From contig OY781964.1 in NCBI GenBank assembly GCA_963677485.1, forward strand, positions 1,216,001-1,280,000: a DNA stretch of 64,000 bases, given 5' to 3'. The notes under the pieces are model-generated. The model ran no database searches. It was not told the origin of the DNA and saw only the letters and a list, made by a program, of their open reading frames with translations. This stretch comes from Armatimonadota bacterium (GTDB lineage Bacteria > Armatimonadota > HRBIN16). Numbering within the stretch: position 1 is the first letter of the stretch; each line of letters starts with the position of its first letter. Made by a program: the position numbers and the translations under genes. This document shows positions 19,391 through 29,529 of this stretch, in pieces.

Positions 19391-19491
19391 GGGTGTATCC
19401 TCTTACCGAAGCTATTTTTTTAATAGTACCGCATGGATGTTAAGGAGATAATACATAAGTGAGAATCCGGTAGAAATGCCAGATTACGAAC

Positions 19492-20202
19492 TCAGTTGAA
19501 CGTGCTGATGAACCTGAGAAGCAGTACCTTGCAGGCGTCTGGCGCGGTCAGGTGCGTGGCGTTCACCTGAACAGTTTGGGCTGCCGGCTGACATTGGAGC
19601 GCGAGCTGCTGTATCTCCTCTTCGCTCATGATCACATCGCCCTTGGCGGACACCAGCAGCAGCGGTCGGCCACCGAGGCCGGTGAAGCCATGCATCGCCG
19701 TGCGCACCTCGGACAGCATCTGCTCGGGCGTGCAGCCGATCAAATAGCTCCGTCGGCTGGCGCGCATCGCCTGCCCGATGGGGGTGTTGAAGCCGTTGCC
19801 CGCATCCAAGCCGATGGTGATTCCCACTGCACCTGCTATGTGTGGCAGCTCTGCCGCGATACACAGACTGGCGGCTCCACCCAGACTGTGACCCGCCAGC
19901 ACCACAGGCATCGACCAAAGCTGCCGGGCGTACTCCGCACACTCACGAACCGCCAGACAGGCATCGCGAAACCCACGCATCGGCCGCGTGCTGGCCCCCA
20001 GAATGTGCCCTGGCAGGTCAGGACACATCACTGGAACGCCCCTCTCACAAAGGTAGTTCGCCAGCAGGTCCATACTGGCGGCACTGCTGGTCAATCCGTG
20101 AGTCAGCACCAGACCAACGGGGCTGCTTACCTCACTCGGCTGGTATAACAGCGCACTGAGGCCCTCTGCCGGTTCTATCCTCTGCAAAACCACCTGGCTC
20201 AA
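19492..20202 (-). CDS. Alpha/beta hydrolase
   Basis: THG, DLPGH, GHSLGG nucleophile elbow, Asp in KGDVI, His in ATHL. Confidence 0.85.
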   Translation of the reverse strand: MSQVVLQRIEPAEGLSALLYQPSEVSSPVGLVLTHGLTSSAASMDLLANYLCERGVPVMCPDLPGHILGASTRPMRGFRDACLAVRECAEYARQLWSMPVVLAGHSLGGAASLCIAAELPHIAGAVGITIGLDAGNGFNTPIGQAMRASRRSYLIGCTPEQMLSEVRTAMHGFTGLGGRPLLLVSAKGDVIMSEEEIQQLALQCQPAAQTVQVNATHLTAPDACKVLLLRFISTFN

Positions 20203-20606
20203 AGTAGCTGGATGCTCTTCGGGGTAAACTGGTGGAACTCAATCGGGTTGCCGTCTGGATCAGCCACCCAGAACTGCCAGCTCTCATCCACCTGCAGCGT
20301 CGGTTCACCGTATAGAGCAGGCACACCCGCGCCAGTGATGCGCTCGTAAGCCGCCTGGATGTCGTCCACCTGCAAGCAGATATGCACATAGCCGCAGCGG
20401 CCGTCATCGGATGCCTTCACGGCGGCATCTACGGGGAAGAGCTCGATAAACTGGCCATCAGCCACTTTCAGATAGACAAGGATCACCTGGCCCTCCGGGC
20501 TGGTGTAACGCCAGGTCTCGCGCAGCCCCAGCACACCGGTGTAGAACGCCAGGCTCCGCTGCAGGTCGGTGATGCGCACCGCAATATGGGTCAGTCCGTT
20601 AATCAT
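20199..20606 (-). CDS. VOC/glyoxalase family protein
   Basis: HIAVRITDLQRSLAFYTGVLGL, HICLQVDD, DPDGNPIEF. Confidence 0.9.
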   Translation of the reverse strand: MINGLTHIAVRITDLQRSLAFYTGVLGLRETWRYTSPEGQVILVYLKVADGQFIELFPVDAAVKASDDGRCGYVHICLQVDDIQAAYERITGAGVPALYGEPTLQVDESWQFWVADPDGNPIEFHQFTPKSIQLL

Positions 20607-20869
20607 GCTAGGCTACCTCTGGAAGATTTTGAGTTATACAGCCACACTATGCCACAAAACAGCAGCGGGAGGCTAACCGTTGATGGCGATGACTGGCAGT
20701 TATTGGTGATGATTAGGAACCGTCGTAAACCAGAACCTGTTGACAGCAAGTAAATGGAAACGAGGAGTGTTCTAGGGTATACTCATTCCGTAGCATATAT
20801 CAAGGACGTTTCGCTACAGATAGGCACAGCCTGGTCAACTGTTACGAATGACATGAGGGGTACTCGTTA

Positions 20870-22470
20870 ATGAAATTAAAGTGGGTTATCGTCGCTATCT
20901 GCATTTGCATTGTCGCTATACTATGGGGTGTGAGGAAAAAGCCTCAGGTAAGCACAATACGGCCGACACCTATGCTGGGTGTATCAGTCAAGATGATCGA
21001 AGTTTCAAGGCCTAAAAATGACACTAGTGAGGCTTGGATGGTACCAATGAGACTAGCAGATGATGGTGTTTTGCTGTACGGACACAGTGACAGAGATGCC
21101 AACGGGATGGCAATTGAAAAGCATGATGGATTAGTCATGAAGGTAGATCAACGTGGAAGGACGGTGTGGAGCAAACGCTATCGAACGACTGGATATGACG
21201 ATATCGATGGTGCAAGACAATATCCCAACGGTGACATATTCCTTTTTGGGAACCTTGGTTTGAGCTATACCGATAAGGAAAATCCAAAAGCTGTGGAATT
21301 CCGAACAAGACTGACCAAGAGTGGTCGACAGGTCTGGATGAAGCAACAACCATGCAAGGTGACCATGACTACGGGTATCTTGGATTGCTCCAATGACGGA
21401 GTTTTGATGGGTAATATCACAATCGGTCTTGTAGACAACAAGGGTAATGAAAAGTGGCACTGTAGTCCAAATCGGAGCATTCATTGGACGATTGCTACAT
21501 CGGGCGACACATGGGGCACTACCGGTTTGCGGTCACCAGACCCGTTGACGCGACTGCATATACTGGTACAGATATGTGGTGCATTAAGGATGGGAAACTG
21601 GCGTCAGACAGGAAAGTCATCAATAATTTTCAGACCAATCCGGGAGCAAATGTGCCGGAATCACCTCTAGTAGTAGGTATAGGCCGTAATGGCAAGCATG
21701 GCGAGGTAGTGTTGCTCAATCCTGACACGGGCTGGAGGAAAACCCTCAGCACGTACCCTTCCGGAATGTTTGACTATACCATTCGGGTGCTTGAGCATTC
21801 AAAAAGCAGCTTTACATACCTGGTTCTGAGAGACGGAAATGATCAAGGCATGACTACAGATGATCCTGCTGACAACACCATGGATCGAACCGCTACTGTC
21901 TTTCGGTATTCGGGTTTGAAATCTCAGAAGCTTTTCGATATTTATACGGCACCAGTATACGGACTGGACTATCACCAACCTGATGTCTTGTGTAGAGAAG
22001 ATGGTTCCTTTGTGAGCGTGACCTGTTTCGGCGGTGGAGGATACGGTTCCCAATTCAAGATCGGCACGGTCATCGGCGTGTTCAGTCCAAATGGTGTGAG
22101 GCTGGGTGAATTCTCAACCGTGCCGCAAGCGGAAAGGGCTACGTTGAACAGCTCTCTCAGTGTCCTGGCCGGGCAGACTGGATATGGAAGATCAGCCTTC
22201 GTTGCCACTCTTCCCAAAATCAACATTCCGCTGTTCAACCCGGCTCCGGGCGCATACACAAGTCCTCAGGTCGTAAAAATCACTTGCGCAACCAAAGGTG
22301 CGACCATCCATTACACCACAGACGGTAGCGAGCCGACAACCAGCAGCACTAAGTATGCGGGTGCAATCGCAGTAAATAGCAGTATGACCATCAAAGCATG
22401 CGCATTTAAGGCGGGCACCATACCCAGCCTGCGCGCCGAGGCGAAATACCTAGTTAAATCGATGCGGTAG
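20870..22470 (+). pseudogene. Frameshifted secreted beta-propeller-like protein with C-terminal CHB_HEX_C/FN3-associated domain
   Basis: Two overlapping ORFs (20870-21670, 21484-22470) join by a single-base shift near 21466-21480. C-terminus FNPAPGAYTSPQVVKITCATKGATIHYTTDGSEP. Confidence 0.6.
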
Positions 22471-22506
22471 GCAGGATTCTATATATTTAGCTTGAAAATA
22501 ACTTGG

Positions 22507-22737
22507 TTGGCTATGTCTGGGGTGGTCTGGCGGTACGCTTGAGATGACCGCTGTCTATAGACGGCGCCGGTCATGTTCCCGACACAGATCTTCCGTGGCT
22601 ATCCGCCAGACCGGCGCGGTCTCTAGCTTTTTGCATCCGCTAGCGTGCGCACAGACCGCCCCGGACTTTGCCAATTGAAGGGTGCGAATCAGTTACAGCC
22701 TGGGCTGCCGTGTCAGAACGGGCGGATGCTTGTTGTT
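22507..22737. repeat. Diverged family A element (22507-22674) followed by family C module (22683-22737)
   Basis: ggctatccgccagaccggcgcggtct...cgctagcgtgcgcacagaccgccccggac; gttacagcctgggctgccgtg matches the reverse complement of 4659-4679. Confidence 0.8.
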
Positions 22738-22818
22738 GTAGCTTTACTACAGACAGATGCAGGTTGAATAGAATATGTGGGTGGCTGTGTGACTACGCAA
22801 GTAAAACGGAAAGGTTAT

Positions 22819-22848
22819 AATTTTACTTACTATTTGCTAAGTAAAATT
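22819..22848. promoter_or_regulatory. AT-rich palindromic operator upstream of glycoside hydrolase gene
   Basis: aattttactta-N8-taagtaaaatt (perfect 11-bp arms) with extra half sites aagtaaaa / tttactt nearby. Confidence 0.55.
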
Positions 22849-22976
22849 TCTTTACTTTAAGTCCTTCGCCCTTCGCACCATACACTCACCCGCGTGGTCT
22901 TCCATTAAGCAAACACAGTTGCCATTCCCTTCATTCTGGCGTATGCTAATCTTAATCACGATCGCGAGGTTCTCAA

Positions 22977-24455
22977 ATGACTACTCCCATCAGGCTCCAT
23001 CCCGAAAACCCGAAAGTTTTGGAATTCCGAGGCAAACCCTTCGTGCTGGTCACCGCGACAGAGCACTACGGTGCGGTGATGAACCGGCCGTTTGACATCG
23101 ACAAATACCTGCACGATGCCGCCGAGAAGGGCATGACGGTCACACGCCTCTTCACGCTGTTCCGCGAGTTGCAGGGACCGAACAACCCATACAGCACCTG
23201 CAAACCGGAATCCACCGACTACGTGGCGCCTTTCGTACGCACCGGTCCGGGCATCGCAGGCGACTGCCAGTTGAAGTATGACCTCGACCAGTGGAACCCC
23301 GAGTTCACCGAGCGGCTGCACCACTTCCTGGGACTGGCCAGCGAGCTGGGCATCATGGTGGAGATGACCGTGCTCAGCAACACCTACTGCGACGCCGTGT
23401 GGGCACTGAACCCGATGAACCCGGCGAACAACATCAACGGTCTGCCCGCCATGCTCTGGCCGGAATACATGTCGCTGCGCCACCCCGAGCTGTTTGCCCG
23501 TCAGGCCGCTTATGTGAAGCGGATGGTGCAGGAAACCCAGGGATATGACAACCTGATGTATGAAATCTGCAACGAGCCGGGCGGCGCACTCACACACGAA
23601 GCGGGTGTCTCCACCGATGAAGTGAACGAGTGGCAGATCGCCATCGCGAAAGTGATTCGCGAGAACGACAAGGCTGGTCACATGGTGGTTGGTCAAGAGG
23701 CGTTCCAATGGGTGCCCTTCGAGCAGAAGTCCACCTACAGCTTCAAGGAGCTGCCCATCGATATGGTGAACATGCACCCGCTGCCCAACACCACATTCGA
23801 GGATGTGAGTTACGATATGGGCGAGTTCATGATGAAGCAGCTCAAAATCCGCAACATGCAGAACTACTGCCTGGCCACCTATGATCAGCCGAAACCGCTG
23901 AACTACGATGAAGACAACTCCGCCAGCCAGTACCGTGAGCCAGAGGGCTGGACCGTCCACCGAAAGCGCGCCTGGACCAGCGTGCTCTCAGGTGCCCATT
24001 ATGATGTGATCGACTTCTCGATCCTTCCCGGTTTTGAGGCCGGCACGAAGGCTTCTCAGAAAGGCCTCCGGCAATGGCTGGGGATTCTGGGCAAGACCAT
24101 CAACAGCATCCCGCTGGTGGAGGCGCGTCCCCTGCCAGGTATCGTACTGAGTATGCCGGAACATCTGCTGGCCTCCGCCATGGTGACCCAGGGACAGCAC
24201 GCCCTGATCTATCTGGCCGATGAGCGTGAGTTGGGCGTGGACGGTGCGGGATGCGAGATCAGCGGTGAGTGCGTGATCCAGTGTCCTGCAGGCGATGTGC
24301 TTGTGCGGCTTCTCTCGCCGGAGACAGGCATGTATTCGCCCTGGATATCCGCTCATAGTGATGGCGAACCGAACGGCGATGGCGAACTGCGCTTGACGCT
24401 GCCGGTGTTCCGCCAGGATATCGCCATTGAGGTGGTTCGGCCCACAGGCAAATAG
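22977..24455 (+). CDS. Clan GH-A-like (GH5/cellulase-like) glycoside hydrolase
   Basis: LHPENP, YEICNEP acid/base motif, YDED nucleophile region, RKRAW. Confidence 0.7.
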   Translation: MTTPIRLHPENPKVLEFRGKPFVLVTATEHYGAVMNRPFDIDKYLHDAAEKGMTVTRLFTLFRELQGPNNPYSTCKPESTDYVAPFVRTGPGIAGDCQLKYDLDQWNPEFTERLHHFLGLASELGIMVEMTVLSNTYCDAVWALNPMNPANNINGLPAMLWPEYMSLRHPELFARQAAYVKRMVQETQGYDNLMYEICNEPGGALTHEAGVSTDEVNEWQIAIAKVIRENDKAGHMVVGQEAFQWVPFEQKSTYSFKELPIDMVNMHPLPNTTFEDVSYDMGEFMMKQLKIRNMQNYCLATYDQPKPLNYDEDNSASQYREPEGWTVHRKRAWTSVLSGAHYDVIDFSILPGFEAGTKASQKGLRQWLGILGKTINSIPLVEARPLPGIVLSMPEHLLASAMVTQGQHALIYLADERELGVDGAGCEISGECVIQCPAGDVLVRLLSPETGMYSPWISAHSDGEPNGDGELRLTLPVFRQDIAIEVVRPTGK

Positions 24456-24641
24456 GGCCGCCTCGGTGACGCGAATGCTCATGATGCAGGAATACGCTGG
24501 GCTCATGGGGTATATATAAGGTTGATATGTAAGTTGTGGCATCCCCCGCCATCGAATATGGGCGACCATCTGACAGTGAGGGATGAAACAACGTGCTGAA
24601 CACCGATTTTGAAACCGAACAACTCTTAGGAGGTGCGCATC

Positions 24642-25679
24642 ATGGCGCGACCAGTCACTCTTGTTACCGGTCAATGGGCCGATATGCCCCTGGACGAACT
24701 TGCCGAATTAATGTGCGAACTTGGATACGATGGTCTGGAACTGGCCTGCTGGGGTGACCACTTTGATGTGGAAGCCGCCCTCAGTACAGACGGCTACATC
24801 CAAAGTCGCTGGGATATTCTAGAAAAATACCAACTGGGCTGTTATGCCATCAGCAACCACTTGGTGGGACAGTGCGTGTGCGACAAAATCGACGAACGCC
24901 ACCAGTCGATCCTTCCCCCCAGCGTGTGGGGCGACGGCAACCCTGAGAAGGTTCAGGAGCGTGCCGCTGAGACGATGAAGCACACAGCTCAAGCTGCCAG
25001 GCTCATGTTTGATGGCGCTCCGGATGAGGTCAAGGCATTGTGTATGCGTCCAGTGGTGAACGGCTTCACCGGAAGCAGTATCTGGCCGAAGCTCTACTCC
25101 TTCCCGCCCATGCTTCCTGGCACCATCGATGCTGGTTATAAGGACTTCGCGGACCGTTGGCTGCCCATCCTGGACGCCTTCGAAGCCGTGAATGTGGATT
25201 TCGCACTGGAAGTTCACCCCACCGAAATCGCATTTGACACCGTCTCCGCACAGCGTGCGCTGTCGGCAGTCAACGGACACAAGCGGTTCGGCTTCAACTA
25301 CGACCCTAGCCACCTTGGCTATCAGGGCGTGGACTACGTGGGCTTCATCCGCGCCTTCGCAGAGCGCATCTACCATGTGCATATGAAGGATGTCTACTGG
25401 TCATCCAACCCGTGCGGCAGCGGTGTGTTTGGCGGTCACCTGGACTTCGGAGACTACCGCCGGTTCTGGAACTTCCGAAGCCTGGGCCGCGGCTCGGTGG
25501 ACTTTGAGGAGATCATCCGCGCGCTGAACGACATCGACTACGGCGGCCCACTGAGCGTAGAGTGGGAAGACGCCGGCATGGATCGCGTGCAGGGTGCCGA
25601 AGAGGCCTGCGAGTTCGTGCAGAACGTCGACTTCCAGCCCAGTGAGATCGTCTTCGACGCCGCCTTCGAGAAGAAGTAG
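24642..25679 (+). CDS. Sugar phosphate isomerase/epimerase (xylose isomerase-like TIM barrel)
   Basis: [45 protein letters not shown]. Confidence 0.9.
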   Translation: MARPVTLVTGQWADMPLDELAELMCELGYDGLELACWGDHFDVEAALSTDGYIQSRWDILEKYQLGCYAISNHLVGQCVCDKIDERHQSILPPSVWGDGNPEKVQERAAETMKHTAQAARLMFDGAPDEVKALCMRPVVNGFTGSSIWPKLYSFPPMLPGTIDAGYKDFADRWLPILDAFEAVNVDFALEVHPTEIAFDTVSAQRALSAVNGHKRFGFNYDPSHLGYQGVDYVGFIRAFAERIYHVHMKDVYWSSNPCGSGVFGGHLDFGDYRRFWNFRSLGRGSVDFEEIIRALNDIDYGGPLSVEWEDAGMDRVQGAEEACEFVQNVDFQPSEIVFDAAFEKK

Positions 25680-25690
25680 GCTAATCGACA

Positions 25691-25719
25691 GTAGGGGCAG
25701 GCCCCTGTGCCTGCCCCTT
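25691..25719 (+). repeat. Single GTAG-type REP hairpin
   Basis: gtaggggcaggcccctgtgcctgcccct. Confidence 0.7.
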
Positions 25720-25764
25720 GAATACAAACTAACACGATATTACGCTAGATGGGGTGACTTTGAT

Positions 25765-27057
25765 ATGGCCCAGATTCTTGGGTTTCGAATACATAATTTC
25801 CGCGCGTTGAAAGATATCACCCTTGGCCAGTTGTGGAACCAACAAGGCGGTAGTGCTCTCACCCCCATGACGGCAGTGATCGGCAAAAACGGTGTTGGTA
25901 AAAGTACGCTTTTTGATGCATTTGGTTTTGTGGCTGACTGTTTGAAAAGCGGCGTCGAAGAGGCTTGCGACACCCGTGGTCGCGGAGGTTTCCATAGCAT
26001 CCGTTCGCAGGGTCATGACGGTCCAGTTGAGTTTGAGGTCAACTACCGCGAAGATTCGAACGCACGTCCAATCACATATGAATTGTCTATTGATGTCGAT
26101 CATACTGGGCGTCCGTATGTGTCAAGGGAGCGGCTAAGACAAAGGCGTAAAGGGGAATCTCGAGGGCGTCCATATTCATTTCTGTTCCTCAATAATGGTT
26201 CTGGAGTTGTCTGGAAGGGGGAGCTTGAAGGCGGCCTCATAGATGAAGCTAACAGCACCCTTAATCTTTTGGAGCTAATTGAAGAGGCTAGCACAAGTAA
26301 TGGTAATAATGAAACCAATGCGTCTGAAATTATTGAACTTGAAGACAGGCGAAAACTTGGCATCGCCACTTTAGGGTCGCTAAAACAGCACCCCCGGATA
26401 TCCGCCTTTCGGAAGTTCATTGAGGGATGGTATCTCAGCTATTTCACGCCTGATGCGGCACGCAGCCTCCCTCTGGCAGGTGCACAAAAACATCTCAATA
26501 GTCATGGTGATAACCTAGGAAATGTCGTTCAGTTCATGGAACGCGATCAACCGAGGCAGTTTCAATCTATCTTGAATCGGATTGCCAGTAAGATTCCGGG
26601 GATACACAGTATCGACACCGAAAAAACACAGGATGGAAGGCTCTTACTCCGGTTCAACGACAAAGGGTTTCAGGACCCGTTCTATGCCCAGCAGATGTCG
26701 GATGGTACGTTGAAAGTTTTTGCGTATCTTTTAATGCTCGAGGACCCAAATCCACCGCCATTCCTCTGTATCGAAGAGCCAGAAAATGGTCTTTACCACA
26801 AGCTGTTGGAGTCATTGGCGCAGGAGTTCCGCGAACACGCCACCGGCCGCAAGGGTGGTTCACAGATATTTGTGACCACTCACCAACCGTATCTGGTCGA
26901 TGCCCTCGAACCAGCGGAAGTATGGATTCTCGAAAAGGGCACCGATGGTTTCTCAACCATCAGAAGGGCCAGTGATGATCCAATTGTGAATAGCATGGTT
27001 GCAGAAGGGCTGCCTCTTGGTGGGCTGTGGTATAGCGACTATCTTGATGCGAGGTAA
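25765..27057 (+). CDS. AAA_21/AAA_15-type ABC ATPase
   Basis: IHNFRAL, Walker A GKNGVGKST, signature MSDGT, Walker B IEEPENGL, H-loop TTHQP. Confidence 0.9.
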   Translation: MAQILGFRIHNFRALKDITLGQLWNQQGGSALTPMTAVIGKNGVGKSTLFDAFGFVADCLKSGVEEACDTRGRGGFHSIRSQGHDGPVEFEVNYREDSNARPITYELSIDVDHTGRPYVSRERLRQRRKGESRGRPYSFLFLNNGSGVVWKGELEGGLIDEANSTLNLLELIEEASTSNGNNETNASEIIELEDRRKLGIATLGSLKQHPRISAFRKFIEGWYLSYFTPDAARSLPLAGAQKHLNSHGDNLGNVVQFMERDQPRQFQSILNRIASKIPGIHSIDTEKTQDGRLLLRFNDKGFQDPFYAQQMSDGTLKVFAYLLMLEDPNPPPFLCIEEPENGLYHKLLESLAQEFREHATGRKGGSQIFVTTHQPYLVDALEPAEVWILEKGTDGFSTIRRASDDPIVNSMVAEGLPLGGLWYSDYLDAR

Positions 27058-27060
27058 ATT

Positions 27061-27717
27061 ATGCATTTTGAGATACTCGTCGAAGACCAATCCGGTAAAA
27101 AGGCACTTGATATATTGGTTCCGAAAATCATCGGCGATGAACACTCATATCGGATATTTGCATACAAAGGTATAGGGAAGGTACCTAAGAACTTAAAATC
27201 GTCACAGAGCGTAAAGCACCGCATGTTATTAAGCCAGCTACCGCGCTTGCTTCAAGGGTATGGAAATGCCTTCAGTCAGCAGAACCATGCATCCGCTGTC
27301 ATAGTGTTATGCGATCTAGATGATAAATGCTTAAAATCCTTACGTAACGAGCTTCTTGCTGTGCTTGAGAGTTGTCAGCCGAAACCAGAAACACGGTTTT
27401 GCATTGCGATTGAGGAGGGTGAAGCCTGGCTACTAGGAGATTTGGCAGCGATTACAACTGCCTACCCAAAAGCTAAACAATCTGTTATAAATCACTACCG
27501 TAATGACTCGATCTGTGGCACCTGGGAGTGCCTTGCAGATGCTATCTATTCGGGTGGTGCCAGGGCATTGACAGCAAAAGGTTGGTCAGCCGTAGGAACC
27601 GCGAAATCGACTTGGGCCGAACGCATAACGCCATTTATGTGCATAGACCGAAACACCTCGCCCAGCTTCCAGTATTTCGTTCAAAAGATGAAGGAACTCG
27701 CAGGCAAAGAGCTGTAA
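27061..27717 (+). CDS. DUF4276-like TOPRIM-fold protein
   Basis: ILVEDQSG, CDLDD (DxD), EEGEAWLLGD, NTSPSFQYF. Confidence 0.75.
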   Translation: MHFEILVEDQSGKKALDILVPKIIGDEHSYRIFAYKGIGKVPKNLKSSQSVKHRMLLSQLPRLLQGYGNAFSQQNHASAVIVLCDLDDKCLKSLRNELLAVLESCQPKPETRFCIAIEEGEAWLLGDLAAITTAYPKAKQSVINHYRNDSICGTWECLADAIYSGGARALTAKGWSAVGTAKSTWAERITPFMCIDRNTSPSFQYFVQKMKELAGKEL

Positions 27718-27769
27718 GTTCCTGTGGTTTTTGTGTTCCCATTTCGTGTGAATATATGTAAATCGCCAC

Positions 27770-28900
27770 CTACCCCAGCGCGTACTTCACCCAAAGCAGC
27801 CCCTTTGGGGTGGAGCCATGGCGGTAGTGCTGTTCATACATCGCCTGATGGAGGATGGGCTGACGGCTTGCGTAATATACCGTGAGTATCTCACCGGGGT
27901 GAACCTCAAGCGACATCGGGTATCCCATGTCCGGCTGATCTTCCCATTGGTCCAGCGTGATGATGTTCGCAGTGTCCCAGCTTCGGCCATTATCATATGA
28001 TAACACCGCCCGGATACTCCAGGGATCTCTGCGATGGCCGTAGGTGCATAGAATCGCCCCACTAGACAGTTTCAACAAATGCGCCGGCAGCCCCCAGAAT
28101 GGAAGTTCACGAGGTTCTGACCAGCTTAACCCGGCGTCGGTGGACTCGCTTTGCAGCATGGTGGAACCGACATCTGGCATGACAGCTCGGAAGAGTGCCA
28201 GATAGTGCGTAGGGCCGATCTCCAGAAAGGCCCGCTCGTTCAGGCGGGATGTGGGCAGTTGAATCCCAAGCTCCACTTCGTTGGCGGAATCATCAGGGGG
28301 CATCATCTCACTGGGCACAACAGATTTGCGTGTCCAGCTCTGTCCCTGGTCGTGCGAAATGAAGCAGCACATCTCCACTGCGTTCGCGATGGTGTCATAA
28401 CCGAACGTGATCAAGCAGCCGTCGGACAGTGCGAAGGGGCCTGAATGAGCGGCTCCCCACTGAGGTAACCCGTGAAGTGTGGTTTCCCAAGTGTGACCGC
28501 CATCTGTGGAGCGCATCAACCAGCTTCCCTCCAGCTCTTCGATCATTTGGGGGGTGACCCTGTCACGGCGCGAGTGCCACTCCGGCCGACAGTATGCCTC
28601 GCGTATGAACTCGACTGAGGTGAACCAGGAGGCGGTGATTGTGCCGTCCGGCAGGATCGCCAGGGTGCCGTCGCGGTCATCAAGTTCGCTGTTGTAGATC
28701 TCTTCAGGAAGGCTCCAGGTGGTTCCGCCGTCCAGCGAACGCATGATGACCTCACGCCCGAATGGGCAGACATGGTGCTTCCGTTCGGAAGCGATGACCA
28801 GCAACTCGTCGCCTTTGATTCGTATCAGTCCAGGCCAGCTATACATCTGCCCTGGGCGTGATGCGATAACTCCGTGAGTGAAGTGGCTTGCTCTCAGCAT
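27770..28900 (-). CDS. Sialidase-like BNR/Asp-box protein
   Basis: Asp boxes SLDGGTTW, STDGGHTW, SHDQGQSW, STDAGLSW, SYDNGRSW; DMGYP; TVYY. Confidence 0.85.
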   Translation of the reverse strand: MLRASHFTHGVIASRPGQMYSWPGLIRIKGDELLVIASERKHHVCPFGREVIMRSLDGGTTWSLPEEIYNSELDDRDGTLAILPDGTITASWFTSVEFIREAYCRPEWHSRRDRVTPQMIEELEGSWLMRSTDGGHTWETTLHGLPQWGAAHSGPFALSDGCLITFGYDTIANAVEMCCFISHDQGQSWTRKSVVPSEMMPPDDSANEVELGIQLPTSRLNERAFLEIGPTHYLALFRAVMPDVGSTMLQSESTDAGLSWSEPRELPFWGLPAHLLKLSSGAILCTYGHRRDPWSIRAVLSYDNGRSWDTANIITLDQWEDQPDMGYPMSLEVHPGEILTVYYASRQPILHQAMYEQHYRHGSTPKGLLWVKYALG

Positions 28901-29290
28901 GGTTTACCCCTTGTGTTGGTCTTGATGACCTTAAGATGTTCTGCTCCGATGGTCAGATCGATATGAACTGATTCTGGTCCGCTTAGATTTACTATACACC
29001 CGTCCAGCGTATCATTTGCATCCGAGGGGGTCGCGGCTCTCTTGTCGATGCTTACTGTTGTTGATTGTATGCAGGATGTCGGATTGAAAATGGTCAGGTA
29101 TGTCGTGTGGCCCTCCCCGAAGCGTTCCAGCCAAGTGTTTGGGTTGCTGGTGGAAGCCAGTGTCAGCAGACGCCAGCCAGCGGTGTTGATTTCCACCAGC
29201 ACAGGCATGAGTGTGGCATATGGCGGTCTGATTTTGCCACAAACACGGGGTCGCTCCATGCTGAGATCGCTGTATTACAGAATAGACCAC
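28894..29290 (-). pseudogene. C-terminal remnant of a large hypothetical (carbohydrate-active-like) protein
   Basis: MPVLVEINTAGWRLLTLA...WLERFGEG...YLTIFN resembles C-termini with AGWxPxTxA...ERFG; no credible start; frame breaks upstream. Confidence 0.4.
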
Positions 29291-29529
29291 GACTTGGCTC
29301 CGCTCATGAACCGCACGATGATGGCCTCGCGTGTCGCCTGGTAGCGGGCGACTCTCATGATCAAACCGCTACTGATGCGCAACTGCTGCGGAACTGTGAA
29401 ATCCAGCCGTGAGCAGCCTCCTGTGGTTCATATTGGGCGATTTGACAGTAGAGTGATGCTATCATATAATGATTTCATTGCGCACGGTTTCCTGTAATGC
29501 CAACACTTCATAGTGACTGAGGTATACCC

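Noticed and set aside
22956-23960. 334-aa minus-strand ORF
   Set aside because: Antisense shadow of the GC3-rich glycoside hydrolase gene.
25594-25764. N-terminal extension of the AAA ATPase
   Set aside because: It overlaps the upstream gene and a REP; the family N-terminus (IHNFRAL) begins after the ATG at 25765.
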